Made by a program: the position numbers and the translations under genes. A stretch of DNA of 64,000 bases from Octopus sinensis (Eukaryota): the NCBI RefSeq assembly GCF_006345805.1, contig NC_042998.1, positions 131,068,001 to 131,132,000 of the forward strand, written 5' to 3'. Every line of letters begins with the position of its first letter. The stretch's first letter is position 1. The notes under the pieces were generated by a model, which made no database searches, was not told where the DNA came from, and saw nothing but the letters and a program-made list of their open reading frames with translations. Below, one piece after another: positions 12,655 through 25,900 of the stretch.

Positions 12655-13524
12655 CGAGGTCTGATCAATAAGTATCCACACTATTGCCATAGTAACGACA
12701 CTAAAGCAAACAGAGTAAAGCCGCTTGTCACAGATTGACCTTAAACTCTGCTATGCATGCACAGTAGGTTTTAACATTCTAGCTTACTTCTGCTCTTTAC
12801 AGCAGTGCTTGGAAGAAAGGTATGTAGTGTGTGATCATGATAAAGTTGTCATGGCGATACCTGTTCAAAGGCCTGCACAAAGTTGCAGAAAGTGTATGGA
12901 GAGGAATGTATTAGCCGCCCACAGTGTACGAGTTGTTCACACGTTTCTAAGATGGCTGAAAAATGTCGATATTGACGAACGTTCTAGAAGACCCGTCAGC
13001 AGAACTGAGAAAAACATTGTAGATGTGCGTGCAACTGTGTGGAGAAATCATCGAATCACCATCCATGATTTATCAGAGGATATACTGATTAGTTGCGATT
13101 CAGTTCAGTCCATTATCACTGAAGATTTGGGTATGAGATGTATGTCTGTCAAGTTTGTGCCAGAACTGCTTTCAGCTGACCAAAATGTCACTCGGGTTTC
13201 AGTTGCACGAAATATCCTTGATTGAATCGAGAATGATGAAAACTTCTTGAAAACTTTGTAGAGAAGCCTCTGAGCAGGTACCGCCAAGCTTTTGGCAAAA
13301 TTTGATGCACATTCTCTGCTCAGCTTTCTCTGTCATAGCCAATGAAACGATCACACGCTACACACCTTTCAAACACTGTTGGAAATAGCGGAAGTGAACT
13401 AAAAGGTTAAAATTTAGTGCACATGCTCAATAGGTTCAGGTTTAATCTGTACCAAGCGGCTTCACTCTGCGTACTTTAACTTCGTTACAATGGCAACAGT
13501 CCAGATACTTTTGATCAGACCACG
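12655..13524 (+). mobile_element. Mariner fold-back derivative made of two 5' ends
   Basis: TA on both sides; TIR cgaggtctgatcaataagtatcc vs gatacttttgatcagaccacg; left arm encodes HTH region to KFVPELL..ENDENFLK; right arm read on minus strand encodes MTEKAEQRMCIKFCQKLG. Confidence 0.85.
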
Positions 13525-13859
13525 TAAAATGGCTTGCAAAATGTTTGAGGATAAAAAACACACGTCTTGTTTTAAACTTTGATAACCAAAGTGTTTTCAA
13601 CTATTTGTCCTCGGAACGATCGAATTGTACTTCACATAACATCGATTTGGGATTCTTTCTAAAATGCCCCACAAAACGTTGAAACTTTTAAAAAGTTTTT
13701 AGTAGTTTTCTGGTCTTGCTTGTATCGTCAATCCATTTACTGATGCTTCCAGAAGGAATTTATATATTTTCGCTCCATTGGGCCTTTTGTATCGTCTTGA
13801 TTAGCAAACAGAAAAAGAAAAATCATTGTCTTTGCGATTTCAGTTTCATTCGCTCATCT

Positions 13860-15010
13860 CTTTTTCCTTAATTAACTATTACCTTTGATTTATCTCTTCA
13901 CGTTATTTCAGTGTTTCTCCGACCTTTCTCTTCCATTTTTTTTCTGTCTTGGCAAAACATTTATTTTATTTTATCCAACATCTTCCCGCATTTCTTTCCG
14001 ATATTTCTCTTTTCCTTCACTTGTCCTATTCTTTTTTTTTTTTTACTTTTTCCCTATATCCCCTTTCTTCTTTGTTATGTTTCTTTTTTGTCCTTTTCTT
14101 TTTTGTGTGTATGTGCCAACTCATCTCATTTTCTCATTGCTGCCCTTTATCATTTTTCTTTTTCTTATCTTAATTCTTATTTCATTGCATATTTTCTGCA
14201 TTATCCTTTCCTCCTGATCCCTCTCCTACATAATACTTTTAATTTCTTCTCGCTTCTCATATAGTTTCCTGACATAATATTATATAGTTTCCTTTCTCCT
14301 TTTCATTTTTTATATTCGCTTTTCATTCCCAGCTTTCTATTTTTATTTCAATGTTCGACTATATCATCTTATTCTTACTTCTTTAACCTTTCTTTTATCT
14401 GTATCCATCCTTCTTTCGTGTCTCTTCCTACAATTCTCAGGTCATACTCTTCCTATTCTATTAATTTAATTCTCTATTTCAGTTTTCTTGTCTTCCCTTC
14501 AACGTTCATCGTTTACTTACAATCATTAGGTTATATATTTCTAACCATATATAATTTCGACTAATTTCATCTCTGTTTATCTTTTTGCAATTCCTCTTTT
14601 CTCTTGCATAGGAACCAGCTATTTCTTCTAATTTCAACTCTTTGTATTCATGATTTTTCTATATTTTTTAATGTTTTCCCGTCTTTTACCCCTCACTCAC
14701 CATATTTATTTCATATCTTCACATTTTTTTACCCTTATATTTTATGTTTCACTTTACACTTCACCTTATTGATATCAATTGAACTCTATGGAATTCTAGT
14801 TTCAACAGTAGGCTAACAGAACATTATTTATGTAGCATTTGTAAACAAACACATATTTTTCTTCTATATTATCTCCCATGTCTTTCATTTAATTTCTGCT
14901 TCTTCCCTATTTTTAAAATTCTTACTCTTACATTTTCCTTAATTTTCACTTTCTCTTTATAGATATTCCTCTAGATTGTCTTAGTTACTGTATTTTTTTT
15001 TTTTTTGATG
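13860..15010. repeat. Pyrimidine-rich (CT/T) low-complexity tract
   Basis: Strong T/C strand bias; gives spurious F/L/S-rich ORFs. Confidence 0.8.
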
Positions 15011-15324
15011 TGTTGGACTTAAGGTTAATACGCTTGATTTTCATTGCACATTTACGATAATCATCTAAAAATGAAAAGAGATATTAACAAATATGTGGTC
15101 AACAATTAAATGGAAAGAGAAGACTAAGAGATGGATATAGAGATTACCCCATTCAATTGACAGCGAAGCGTAGCCGACGTTCAACTGAATGTGTAAACAC
15201 ATACATGTGCTTGTGTGTTTGCGCACGCGCATAGAAAGTAAGACAAATCATAAAGGAATGTATGTTTATAAGATATTTAGTTATCCCTTCATACGCATGC
15301 AGATGCTCACACACACACGACCAC

Positions 15325-15357
<33 letters not shown>

Positions 15358-15411
15358 CATACATACATATATACATACATACATACTACATACATACATA
15401 TATATATATGT

Positions 15412-15775
15412 GGAGACACAATGGCCCAGTGGTTAGGGCAGCGGACTCGCTACCAAACGATCGCGGTTTCCATTCCCAGACCGGGCGTTGTGAGTGTTTA
15501 TTGAGCGAAAACACCTAAAGCTCCACGAGGCTCTGGCAGGGGTTGGTGGCGAACCCTGATGTATTCTTTCACCACAACTTTCTCTCACACTTTTTTCATG
15601 TTTCTGTTGTACCTGTATTTCAAAAGGCTAGCCTTGTCACACCATTTGTCACGCTGAATCTCCCTGAGAACTACGTTAAGGGTACACGTATATGTGGAGT
15701 GCTCAGCCATTTGCACGTTAATTTCACGAGCAGGCTGTTCCGTTGGAACCCTCGTTGTTGTAACCGACGGAGTGC
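15412..15775 (+). mobile_element. tRNA-derived SINE
   Basis: A box TGGCCCAGTGG, B-box-like GGTTTCCATTCCC, then a ~300-bp non-tRNA body. Confidence 0.8.
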
Positions 15776-15779
15776 TATG

Positions 15780-15838
<59 letters not shown>

Positions 15839-15850
15839 CACATACATACA

Positions 15851-15949
15851 CGAGGAGTGTATGAAAAGTTTTGAGCCTTCAGGGCCTTTGAGCATTGAAG
15901 TCTTGTAAAATCTGTTGTGTTTTTGAGGCTCAAGACTTTTCATACATCC

Positions 15950-15954
<5 letters not shown>
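15851..15954. mobile_element. ~104-bp mariner-type mini-MITE
   Basis: TIRs cgaggagtgtatgaaaagttttgagcct / aggctcaagacttttcatacatccttctg around a ~45-bp spacer; TA at right end. Confidence 0.75.
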
Positions 15955-16015
<61 letters not shown>

Positions 16016-16046
16016 CTATCTATCTATTTATATATATATCTGTACT

Positions 16047-16455
16047 TGGCAGAATCGTAAGATGGCCGGAAAATATCTTTCTGCTAATTGTTGCGGTTCT
16101 TTATGTTCTGTGTTCAAATTCCAACAAGGTCGTCTTTGTCTTTTATCTGGGAGGTCAATATCATTGACTACCCCTTCCTGTTTACTAAACTTGTGCCCAA
16201 ACTAGAAATCCTTATTATTTCATATAAATAGAATAATACGACGAGCTGGCAGAATTCTTAGAGTATCGGGAAAAAATGCTGAGACATTTCTTCTGGCTCT
16301 TTAGTTTCTGAGCTCAATTCTTGCCGAGATCAACTTTACATATCATCCCTCCGATGTCGAAAAAGATGAAACCCCATTCAAGTACTGATTTCAATGGTCT
16401 CGATTAACTCACTTGTCCTAAAATTATTGACTTCTCCCTCAATTTGAAACCTATA
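16047..16455 (+). mobile_element. Two adjacent decayed copies of a second SINE family (gagctggcagaa... head)
   Basis: ggcagaatcgtaag...gttcaaattcc at 16047-16207 and gagctggcagaattcttag...gctcaattcttgccgag at 16240-16455 align with each other and with 35126-35223 (-). Confidence 0.6.
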
Positions 16456-16818
16456 CACCTAAACTGTATTTTATTTAAATTTCTTCTCATTTACACGTTT
16501 AGTTTTAAACACAGAGCGAAAGACTTTATCGGTAATTATAAATAGATAGATAAGCAGATACATAAACACATAGAAATATAGATGTATGCTTACATTTAGC
16601 TTGCAAACATACATGTGACTCACTACGCATGTGTAAATGCATGTTCATGCAAATGTGTATATGCACATACATTTGCGTTTTGAGTAACCGCGTGTGCGTA
16701 TCTTAATGCGCATCCTTAAGTCTGTGGTATGAGTATATAGGCATGTGTATGAGTATGTATATTATATTCATGTATTTGCATGTCCATCAATATACATACA
16801 TATATACATGTATATATA

Positions 16819-16909
<91 letters not shown>

Positions 16910-17849
16910 TATGTTTACATATATATATATATATTAGTGAATATATTCATATAAGAGTGTACATGTGTCCATATGTATATATTATACGTGTGCATGTTAG
17001 TATATATATACACACACGCATGCATTTAAGATCAAACATTGTTTCATATGTGCAGAAAAAGTCATTTCTTTTTAAAATCCTCTGAATTTTAAGCTATTTA
17101 CTGTTTAAGAACTTTTTGTGAGTGTAGATATGTTATTAAAAATATAATCTAACTAAATAGGCCGTTATAAAATGTTTATCTGAAAGTTTTGCGTTTTTGT
17201 TTTAACTGCAAACGTAATGAAATGTTTTTGAATGCAAGAGTATAAAATATTTACCTGATACCAAGTGAAAAGTGTTTTGCCGATTCCGTTGCTTTGAAGT
17301 AGAGAAAAGTTTGTTTATTATACAAGCTGTGAAGAATAAGAAAGTAGGAAGAAATTTAGAGTGACTAAGTTTGACACGAAAGAGAGTAGGAAAGGGGTAG
17401 GGATATAGAGAATGAAAACAAATAAAATGAAATAAAGAATGGAATGAAGTAAATGAGAAAAGAAAGAGGAAGAAAGAGAGAAACAAATAAAAATGAGGGG
17501 AAAAGAAAAGGAAGGAAAGAAAGAAAGACAGAAAAATGGTAAGAGAAAGGAAAGAAAGAAAATTAAGAAAAATATTTATGATAAAATGTGAATGAATAGA
17601 AGTACAATTCAACAAAGGCAGGAAGGAATAAATGTCTGGATTACAAGAGATACCTGTGTGGGAGAGTGACACGCACACACAAACAAAAAGAAATAACGAA
17701 GGTGGAAAAAATATTATGTAGAACTTTGTCAAGAGCAAAAATGTAAGATTGTAACCATAGCATGTTCGAGTCCTACTTGACTGATAAGGCGACCATGTAT
17801 TCATTCATTTCGAACATAGGAAGGTAGATGTATTCAGAAGAAAAAAAAA

Positions 17850-19030
17850 GCATTTGTGTTGAGAGATGCCCGGCTGGTTGAAAATCCAGCTTGTTGAAAA
17901 AGGACTGTGAAACACGAAGTTATAAGACTCCAATATATGGATGATCTAAGATAGAGACTGATCATTGTGATAGTGAATTGATCTGTTTGGATGTGATATT
18001 CAGATATGTTGATTTATAAAACTAGTTGAAAATCCACCCGTGCCAGATTTGACATTTATAATTCTGAGGTTTGGTAAAATGTGTTACTTTGCATTCTGTT
18101 TTCATTCACATACCATGAACATGTTAACCTGTTGCTCATTTCATTCTATCGTTTGTGAATAAGATAACAAGATATTATTGATAATAGTTCTGTTATTATT
18201 GTCATAGTCTGAAGTAGTGTATGTTTGATGTTTTGTTACTTATTTTGTTTGTTGTGTGACAATTTAAAATTTTATCAAAAATGGGTTACCTGTATGATGT
18301 TCGCTTTTGAAATCCATTCCATAATTGACGCACCAGGTGGTATTTTATTCCCACCGTTGGTGGGATGTTAGTTCTTCATGCTCACAGTTTTTCTCCAAAG
18401 TTTGGTGGCTTTATACTGGAGTATTTTGAAATTTGAATTTCCATTTCATTGTCGAGTGCCTTGAAATTTTCTTCGTTGGGATTGGCTCTTAACCGTAACA
18501 GTTCTATTTCTATTTTGAATTATTTTCTAAGGCCATCTTTTCTCTAAATCTTTGTTGGTTTCCTGTTTCATATGTAATGGGTTTTATTTTCAGATTGGGG
18601 TGGAATCTTGCCACTTTTCATCAATGCCTGCTTTCTTACAGTTTTTTTTTACGAAGTTCCAAAAATCAAAACTTGCGTACTGTGTTTTTTAATCCAAATA
18701 TTATTTAGTGTCTGTTTTACTGAGTAAAAAATCTGTTATACGTTCTTGCATTTGGGGCATTTTTGTTTCAATGGTTTTGATCAATTTGTTTAGTGTTAGG
18801 ATAATATCGGTTGTTTGGTTAAATCCTCTTTCTTCCTGGTGTCCATTTAGGTAGATGTGCGACTGCTCCACTTTGTTGGTCAGGGCTGTTTCTATGTAAA
18901 CAATTTTTTGACTCATCACAGAGGATACACGAAGCCTCAAAGTTTTTCTTATCATTGTTAAAGACTTTATCACTTAATTTGAATAAATTTATGCAAACTA
19001 ATTTTTGACACCACAGACAATACACAAAGC
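17850..19030 (-). mobile_element. Possible decayed LINE ORF2 endonuclease-RT linker
   Basis: Coding-like pieces FDFWNFVKKNCKK and EIELLRLRANPNEENFKALDNEMEIQ; no diagnostic motif. Confidence 0.25.
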
Positions 19031-19894
19031 CTCATACTTTACTTTTGAAAATATTTTTTAATGAAAACAGTTAAATTAATAAATACTTTTATACGACTCC
19101 TACATTTTCAGATTCTTTCCCTTATATTATTGCTCGTACGGTAACCCCCAACTTTATTTTGTCATATATATATATATACGCACACATATACAGATATGTA
19201 CACGCACTCACATAAATATACATATGCAAATATATGTACATACACACGCACTCGTATACATACACAGACGCTAGTCTGTGTATACACACACACACGCGCA
19301 CACATGCAAACACACATACAGACACACACATATATATACTTGCGTAGATACATACATTCATGCATACTAAACACGCGGACAAGCACGCATACGTATATAG
19401 AGAACCGATACACGCACACATGGATAGTGGGAAGTGGAAAGGGAGATCGCACACTGAATAATAATTATAATTTTACTGTGTTGAATCTAGCAAATGCATA
19501 TTTGGCGCGGTGGCAGCAACTTGGTAGTTTCTCAGCCTGCTTGTTTACCAAATTTTCGTTACTTGACAGGATACACAAGGCTTCCTCAAGACACAGGTCA
19601 CATAAGCCGAATAGGGCACGCATTTTTTTATTATTGACCACTTCATATCATATTTTATTTTTCCTTCTTTTAATCTCCATATTAGGTCCGCTTATGATAT
19701 TGCGGGTCACCGGTTTATCTTTCGGAATGAGGGGATATGGTTACGATAACAGACCTTAAATTGGTTTTTAAATATTTTTAAGTTAGTGAAAGCAGTTAAA
19801 TTAATAAAAACTTTCATACTTTTATATGTATGAGTTATTTATGTTGGGGTGTGGTGATTGTGCATTTTTATATCATGTTTTTTTCATGCATTGG

Positions 19895-22120
19895 TTCCTG
19901 GGCGGACTGTTGAATGATGATAAAGGAAACTAACCTCCTACCGACCATACCTTATCAACCTGTACCAGCAGGTTCTCAATGGGAATAGTAGTAAACCAGA
20001 CTGGTTAGATTTGGCAAAACTAATCCCAAATTTGACAAAACTGATCCCCAAATACAGAATCCCTCACATAACAACAAGATCCAATGGCCAATTGCATGCC
20101 AGAACTTAATGTATAAAATATATACAGTATGTTTAAGCATCTTCCTCTAACACCATTGCGAAAGTAAAAACATCATCACAGCAGAACAAGTAGCTGGGAA
20201 GAAGGAAGTCTGGAGATGTGCTGAGCAATTGTTAATAAACAAAACTGTAATGTTAACGGTGCGGGAGCATGAAAGTAACCAAATTTCAATGTGGCTGGAC
20301 TACAAGAAAGCTTTTGACTCTGTTCCCATTCATGGATGCTAAAAGCCTTTCGACTTGCTAAAGCTTCAGTGAGCATAGTCAATGCCATAGCTAAAGTGTC
20401 TTCGTCGAGGGCTACCATCTTTAAGTTAAATACAAGGAGTGATTGTATTATGACTGACAGTATACAGTATCGCAGGGGTATATTGCAAGGGTACAGCCTC
20501 TCTGTGATGTTGTTTATACTTTCTGTAACCCCCTTGTCGATTATGTTAAGGAAATTTGAAGGGTATCTTGCTGGTTCACAAAGAAACAGAAATACCAAAA
20601 TTTCACACAGTTTCTTTATAGATGAATATGCATGAGACGAAAAAGAGCCTTGACTTGTTTACAACACTCTTAAAGGACACAAAGTTGGAATTTCGCCAGG
20701 ATAAATGTTGCTGTATGGCTGTGAAAAGAAGGGAAACTGTAAACCAGAATAACAACATTTCTATCAATGACTTAATTGTTTCCCCTGTATCTTTTGAGGA
20801 ATGTTACAGTTATCTAGGGGGTGAATGTAAACATATCTTACGATGGCATATGTAACAAAAGCACGTGTCACTAAAGAATATTACAGCCGAATAAAGAAAA
20901 TATGGATCTCGGAGCTCTATTCAATAAAACAGTAGCCCACAATGTGTTTGCAATGCCAGTACTTACACCAACATTTGGGCTACCTTTTGGATGCTTGATG
21001 AAATCTGAGCCACTGATGTTAGAACCCGGAAGATACTAACCAGCACACTTAATTTCCACATTAACAGTGACGTAGACTGCCTCTAACTAATACGAATCCA
21101 GATTGCCTTTGAATGCTGTATCATATCCCTTCGGCAACATCTTTTAAATACCAAGTGTGGAAGTGCAGCCCTTGATCAATTTTGCATACATAGGGCTGAT
21201 AACATCATAATACTTAGAAAGCATTCCTTGTCTGATAACCTTAAACACATGTCGAGTGATGTTAGCACGACTCTACCTCAACCTATCATCAGTTGAATGG
21301 AAGAACACATATTAGTAGAAGATCGTACATTGATGTGTATGTAGAAAGCTCTGGGATGACAGTAACAATGCTCATCAATGCAGTCTATCATGGACCAACA
21401 ACTGGATTACTCTCTCCCATTTTGAAGGATTTGCAATCCAGGAACAGAAAATATCAATCAAATACCTAATGCACGAAAGGGACAGAGACGCAGGAAAAGC
21501 AGCAAAATATGATGGAGACTGTGGGAAGTTGACAACGAAGATATCACCCATATCATAAGCAGTCGTCTGAAAATGTTATCACAGTATTATCTACTGATGA
21601 AACATGGTAGATAATTATGAACCCACAGTATGTTAGAAGTCATAGTCACTCAATTAGAAAGAGAACGATGGAATGTCCCAGTAAAAATCTCAATAACATT
21701 TAAACATAATATACCTGACATAGTGATTTGAAATAGAGAAGAGAAACTGTGTACAAATGTGGGAATCAATTGCCCAAAGCATGTTAACATAAAGCTAAAG
21801 ATCAGCGAAAAAGAAAACACCTACGCCGGCCTATTGAGAAATCTACAGTTATTCTATCCAGATTACAAGTTCAGGTTCATACCTGTAATTATTGAGGCAC
21901 TGCGATATGAAACACTCGGCCTAAGAACCAATCGTGAAAACTTAGGCTTCTCAAAACAAGAAAGGAGAAAGCTGATTCAAGGTCTACAGATTCAGCCCAT
22001 CAATGGAACTATAAAAATCTGTAAGACATCCCAGAAGTTAATAATTTAAGTATACATGAGCATGTTTAGACATGCAACTAAATGCATGAGATAGAAACAT
22101 AATGCAAAACATACAAATTT
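19895..22120 (+). mobile_element. RLE-type non-LTR retrotransposon (NeSL/R4-like), 5'-truncated and decayed
   Basis: RT motifs WLDYKKAFDSVP, YRRGILQGYSLSVMLF, HSFFIDE; C-terminal KHNIPDIVI and KENTYAGLLRNLQLFYPDYKFRFIPVIIEAL; ORF ends at 22049. Confidence 0.9.
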
Positions 22121-22287
22121 GCGGATATTCTTTTATTCTTTTACTTGTTTCAGTCATTTTACTGCGGCCATGCTACATACAAAAATACCCTGTTCATGTT
22201 GCTGAAATTCTACCGAAGGAGCCTTGGTTCTAGGTTGGAAACCGACTCTTTCTCTGTTGGCAAGAAATCTTGAAATAAATTAAATAA

Positions 22288-22349
<62 letters not shown>

Positions 22350-23012
22350 ACTCACACTCATACACACACACATGCGCGCACACATACAAGTTATGCCGAA
22401 GTGTAGTGAGTGCTGCACAAAATAATTCGATGCCAAATAAAGAATATACGAAAACAAATTATGATAAAAATGGAACTTTGATAGAATGTTACATCTCTTT
22501 AAAACTATTTTAGAATGACGTAAATACAAACATTCCATCAAAGTTAAATTTTAATAAAGCCCAAGTTTCTTTTTTTAAATAAATTCTCCATCATTTTCAA
22601 AAATAATTCAAAACTGAATGGTTGTCAACAAAAATATTGTAACCAAAGTTAAAGAGAGACAATTTCAAGAAGACTGAAAGTCTATGTAAGTACAACGAAT
22701 ATTTGATCCTTGTTGTTCGACACGTTTTTCCATGACATTATTGGTAGAGTTTAAAACATAATTTTTTACCAAACGGAATTTGTAAGATTACCACAAAATT
22801 AAGAGAAACATCTGAAATGAACTAATGGCTGTGAAAGTGAATACTTACGTAGAGACATGTTGGAGGCAACACAAAATAAATCGTTAATGCTTTGAAATAT
22901 CTCGGTGGGTTAGACGTAGAGAAAAGAAACAAAAAACTAGCGATATTCGCTTGTTGATTCTTAAGAACAAATTACACCATTCGTTTTCTCTCTCTCTCTC
23001 TCTCTCACCCCC

Positions 23013-23045
<33 letters not shown>

Positions 23046-23046
23046 C

Positions 23047-23694
23047 TCAATATTCAATAAAGGGTGGAATATAATTAATTTAATAAAATTAATCAATTTC
23101 ACCTAGTAGATTTGTCGGTATGGAAAAGACCATATTTGGTAAGGGTTATAATAATTATAATAAAGGGTTAAATGCAACAAGTTGCTCAAAACCACATACC
23201 GAAAATATTAGAAATAGCAGCCAAAATTGGTCAGTATTTCCTCTACTAGTAAAAAGTCTCCACAAACAAACAGAATTTGTAAGCTGTATATGGCAAAAAA
23301 AAGGCAGAAAATAACGAAAACCCAGCCTCTGGATTAATTATAGACGACTCGTTTCTGGATTAGAACCGAAGGTTCATTTCCTTGTCAATATAATATTTCC
23401 TATAGATCTAGAAATGCTAGGGGAAAAAACTTACCCGTTACACCAGTACGATCTGCAACATCGGACGGCTTAACGGAACTGCTAGCATTCGTACATCTAT
23501 AACGACATGCGAATTCATATTTCCCTCCAAAATCTATCACGTGAGCTACAAAAACATTACCAACGAAACGAAAAATTCGGAGATAACTTTTAAGGGAGCA
23601 AAAGTATTCAATATTCAATAAAGGGTGGAATATAATTAATTTAATAAAATTAATCAATTTCACCTAGTAGATTTGTCGGTATGGAAAAGACCAT
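23047..23694 (+). repeat. Identical 87-bp direct repeat (23047-23133 and 23608-23694)
   Basis: tcaatattcaataaagggtgg...gtcggtatggaaaagaccat read identically twice, offset 561 bp. Confidence 0.9.
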
Positions 23695-24080
23695 GGGTAG
23701 ACCGATCTTACGTTACAAGGATGTTTGCAAAAGGGACATGAAGGCCTGCAACATCAATATTAGCGGTTGGGATGCAGTTGCTGGAAACCGTGGAGAATGG
23801 CGACGTACCGTAAAAGAGGGAATACAAAGGAGTGACAGAGAGAGAGAGGAGAAATGGAAAGAAAAGAAGAGACGTCAACGAGAGACTATGGCATTACAAC
23901 CAGCCGGGAACAGTCTTCGCTACATTTGCGGTACCTGCCAGAGGGAGTGTTTGTCCAGGATAGGACTACACAGCCACAGCAGGAAATGTATCAGGACATG
24001 AAATATAAAAGCCGGACTAGACTACTTTATGCGCAACTCCATTGTCTCCCGAGACAGAAAGGATGCCAACCAACCAACAC
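23695..24080 (+). mobile_element. RTE/BovB-like LINE 3' end
   Basis: GRPILRYKDVCKRDMK...W...A..R..WR..V..G...YICGTCQRECLSRIGLHSHSRKC* (C-terminal zinc finger); 3' UTR ccattgtctcccgagacagaaaggatgcc plus (CAAC) tail. Confidence 0.9.
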
Positions 24081-24084
24081 ATAT

Positions 24085-24250
24085 AGACGACAGGCTTCTT
24101 TCAGTTTCCATCTACCAAATCCATTCACTAAGTCTTTGGTCGGCCCGAGGCAACAGCAGAAGACAATTGCCCAAGGTCCACGCAGTGGGACTGAACCAGA
24201 GCCATGTGGTTGAGAAGCATTCTTCTTACCACACAACCACGTCTGCGCGT
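24085..24250 (-). mobile_element. tRNA-derived SINE (third family), 5' part
   Basis: Reverse complement aligns with 27392-27550 and 46998-47097. Confidence 0.8.
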
Positions 24251-24289
24251 ATATATATATATATAATATATATATATATATTATATATA

Positions 24290-24329
<40 letters not shown>

Positions 24330-25417
24330 GTGCATCTGTGTGCGGTGTTGTGTGTGTGTGTGTGTTGTGTGTGTGTGTGTGTGTGTGCCTATGTATGTTG
24401 TGTATACACACACACGTATCAAATATAATACATGCGAATATCAGTGTGTCACACTTTTTCAACATTATTCATAAACGCCGTAGCCTAACATATCATACCA
24501 TTTTGGAATCATCCGACTCCGTAAGTAAAAACGTGCCGGGCCGTATCAGGACACGAAATCCTGAAATTTTGGACTCGCAAGTTTTTATTACAGCGACTTT
24601 TTCGGTGATAAAAAACTTTCAGTAGCTGAACCCGTGAAGACTTCACGGAAAATATAAGAAATGTAAGTAGTGTCTACAAATGTATACCCCACCGACTTTG
24701 TTGCCTCATAAATTTCATAATTAATCCCTTAGTTCCTGTTGATTGAGTGCATGTTATGATTTGTTGGAAAACAAAGATTCCGAGGGTCCAGGGATGGGAG
24801 TTGAAGTTTCCGCTTCATAACTTTCAGGAAAATTGATATTTTTTTAATGAAATTTTATACAAATACATTTCAAACGGCATAGAATAACTGTCACAATAGC
24901 GTTATCATATACATCCAAAGCGAAAAGTTTTGCATCTTTTTCTTTCAGAAAATAGCTTCCTCAGAGAATTGCCTATAACCTTTCTCCTTCGTTTAATGCA
25001 GTATATTTCTCTTGCCTCTCAGAGTTATCAATGTCCTCTCTCTCTCTCTTTCCCTCTCCCACTCTTTCACTCCCTCTTATTCTCTATTCCTTGCTACTTT
25101 GCCTCTTACTTCAACTATACATAGAAAGTTACATTTCCCTCTATTACCTTTCAACTAAGTGTGACACACACACCCAGATACGTATGTAACTACGTAGATT
25201 AGCATATTAGTAGAAAAAAAATTATAATATGGAAATAAATTTGTGAATAATCGAAATAAATTGCAAAATCCAGCGAAAGTCACCATGAAATGGAATTAAT
25301 TATTTGTATGAAAATTAAGGACCTACGTACATCAAATTATCTTTAAATTAAGTGGTGGCAGAAATTATCGTTGAACTTTTAAAATGTTGGCTTAAATATT
25401 AATGTAATACTTAAATG

Positions 25418-25707
25418 CTCGAATCCCGGACCGGGCTGCGTGTTGTGTTCTTGAGTAAGGCACTTTATTTCACGTTGCTCCAGTTCACTCAGCTGTAGAA
25501 ATGAGTTGCGACGTCACTGGTGCCAAGCTGTATCGACCTTTGTCTTTCCCTTGGATAACACTGGTGGTGTGGAGAGGGGAGGCTAGTATGCATGGACGAC
25601 TGCTGGTCTTCCATAAACAACCTTGCCCGGACTTGTGTCTAGGAGGGTAACTTTCTAGGTGCAATCCCATGGTCATTCATGACCGAAGGAGGTCTTTACC
25701 CTTTACT
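25418..25707 (+). mobile_element. tRNA-derived SINE, 5'-truncated copy of the 61808 family
   Basis: Aligns with 61855-62120 over ~280 bp with few mismatches. Confidence 0.9.
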
Positions 25708-25714
25708 TAAATGC

Positions 25715-25900
25715 AGCAATCAATTTTCAAGCTGCATCCAGAAGAGCATCGAATGCTCTTACCAAGAGGAGAGAAAGTGCATCACAAACACCTGAACAAA
25801 CTGAATCTAGAAGAGGTTCCAATGAGAAGAGTAAGGGATTCAGAAACACTAGAACAATCGGAACCCAGGAGAGCTTCCAATGTTGTACAGAAGTTAGCTT
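25715..25900 (+). pseudogene. STPR-like 23-aa repeat fragment, probably a Helitron remnant
   Basis: SRRASNALTKRRESASQTPEQTE / SRRGSN(frameshift)RRVRDSETLEQSE / PRRASNVVQKLA; first period is exactly 23 aa. Confidence 0.5.

Noticed and set aside
13885-14816. F/L/S-rich ORFs resembling membrane proteins (also 17202-17804)
   Set aside because: Produced by pyrimidine-rich low-complexity DNA
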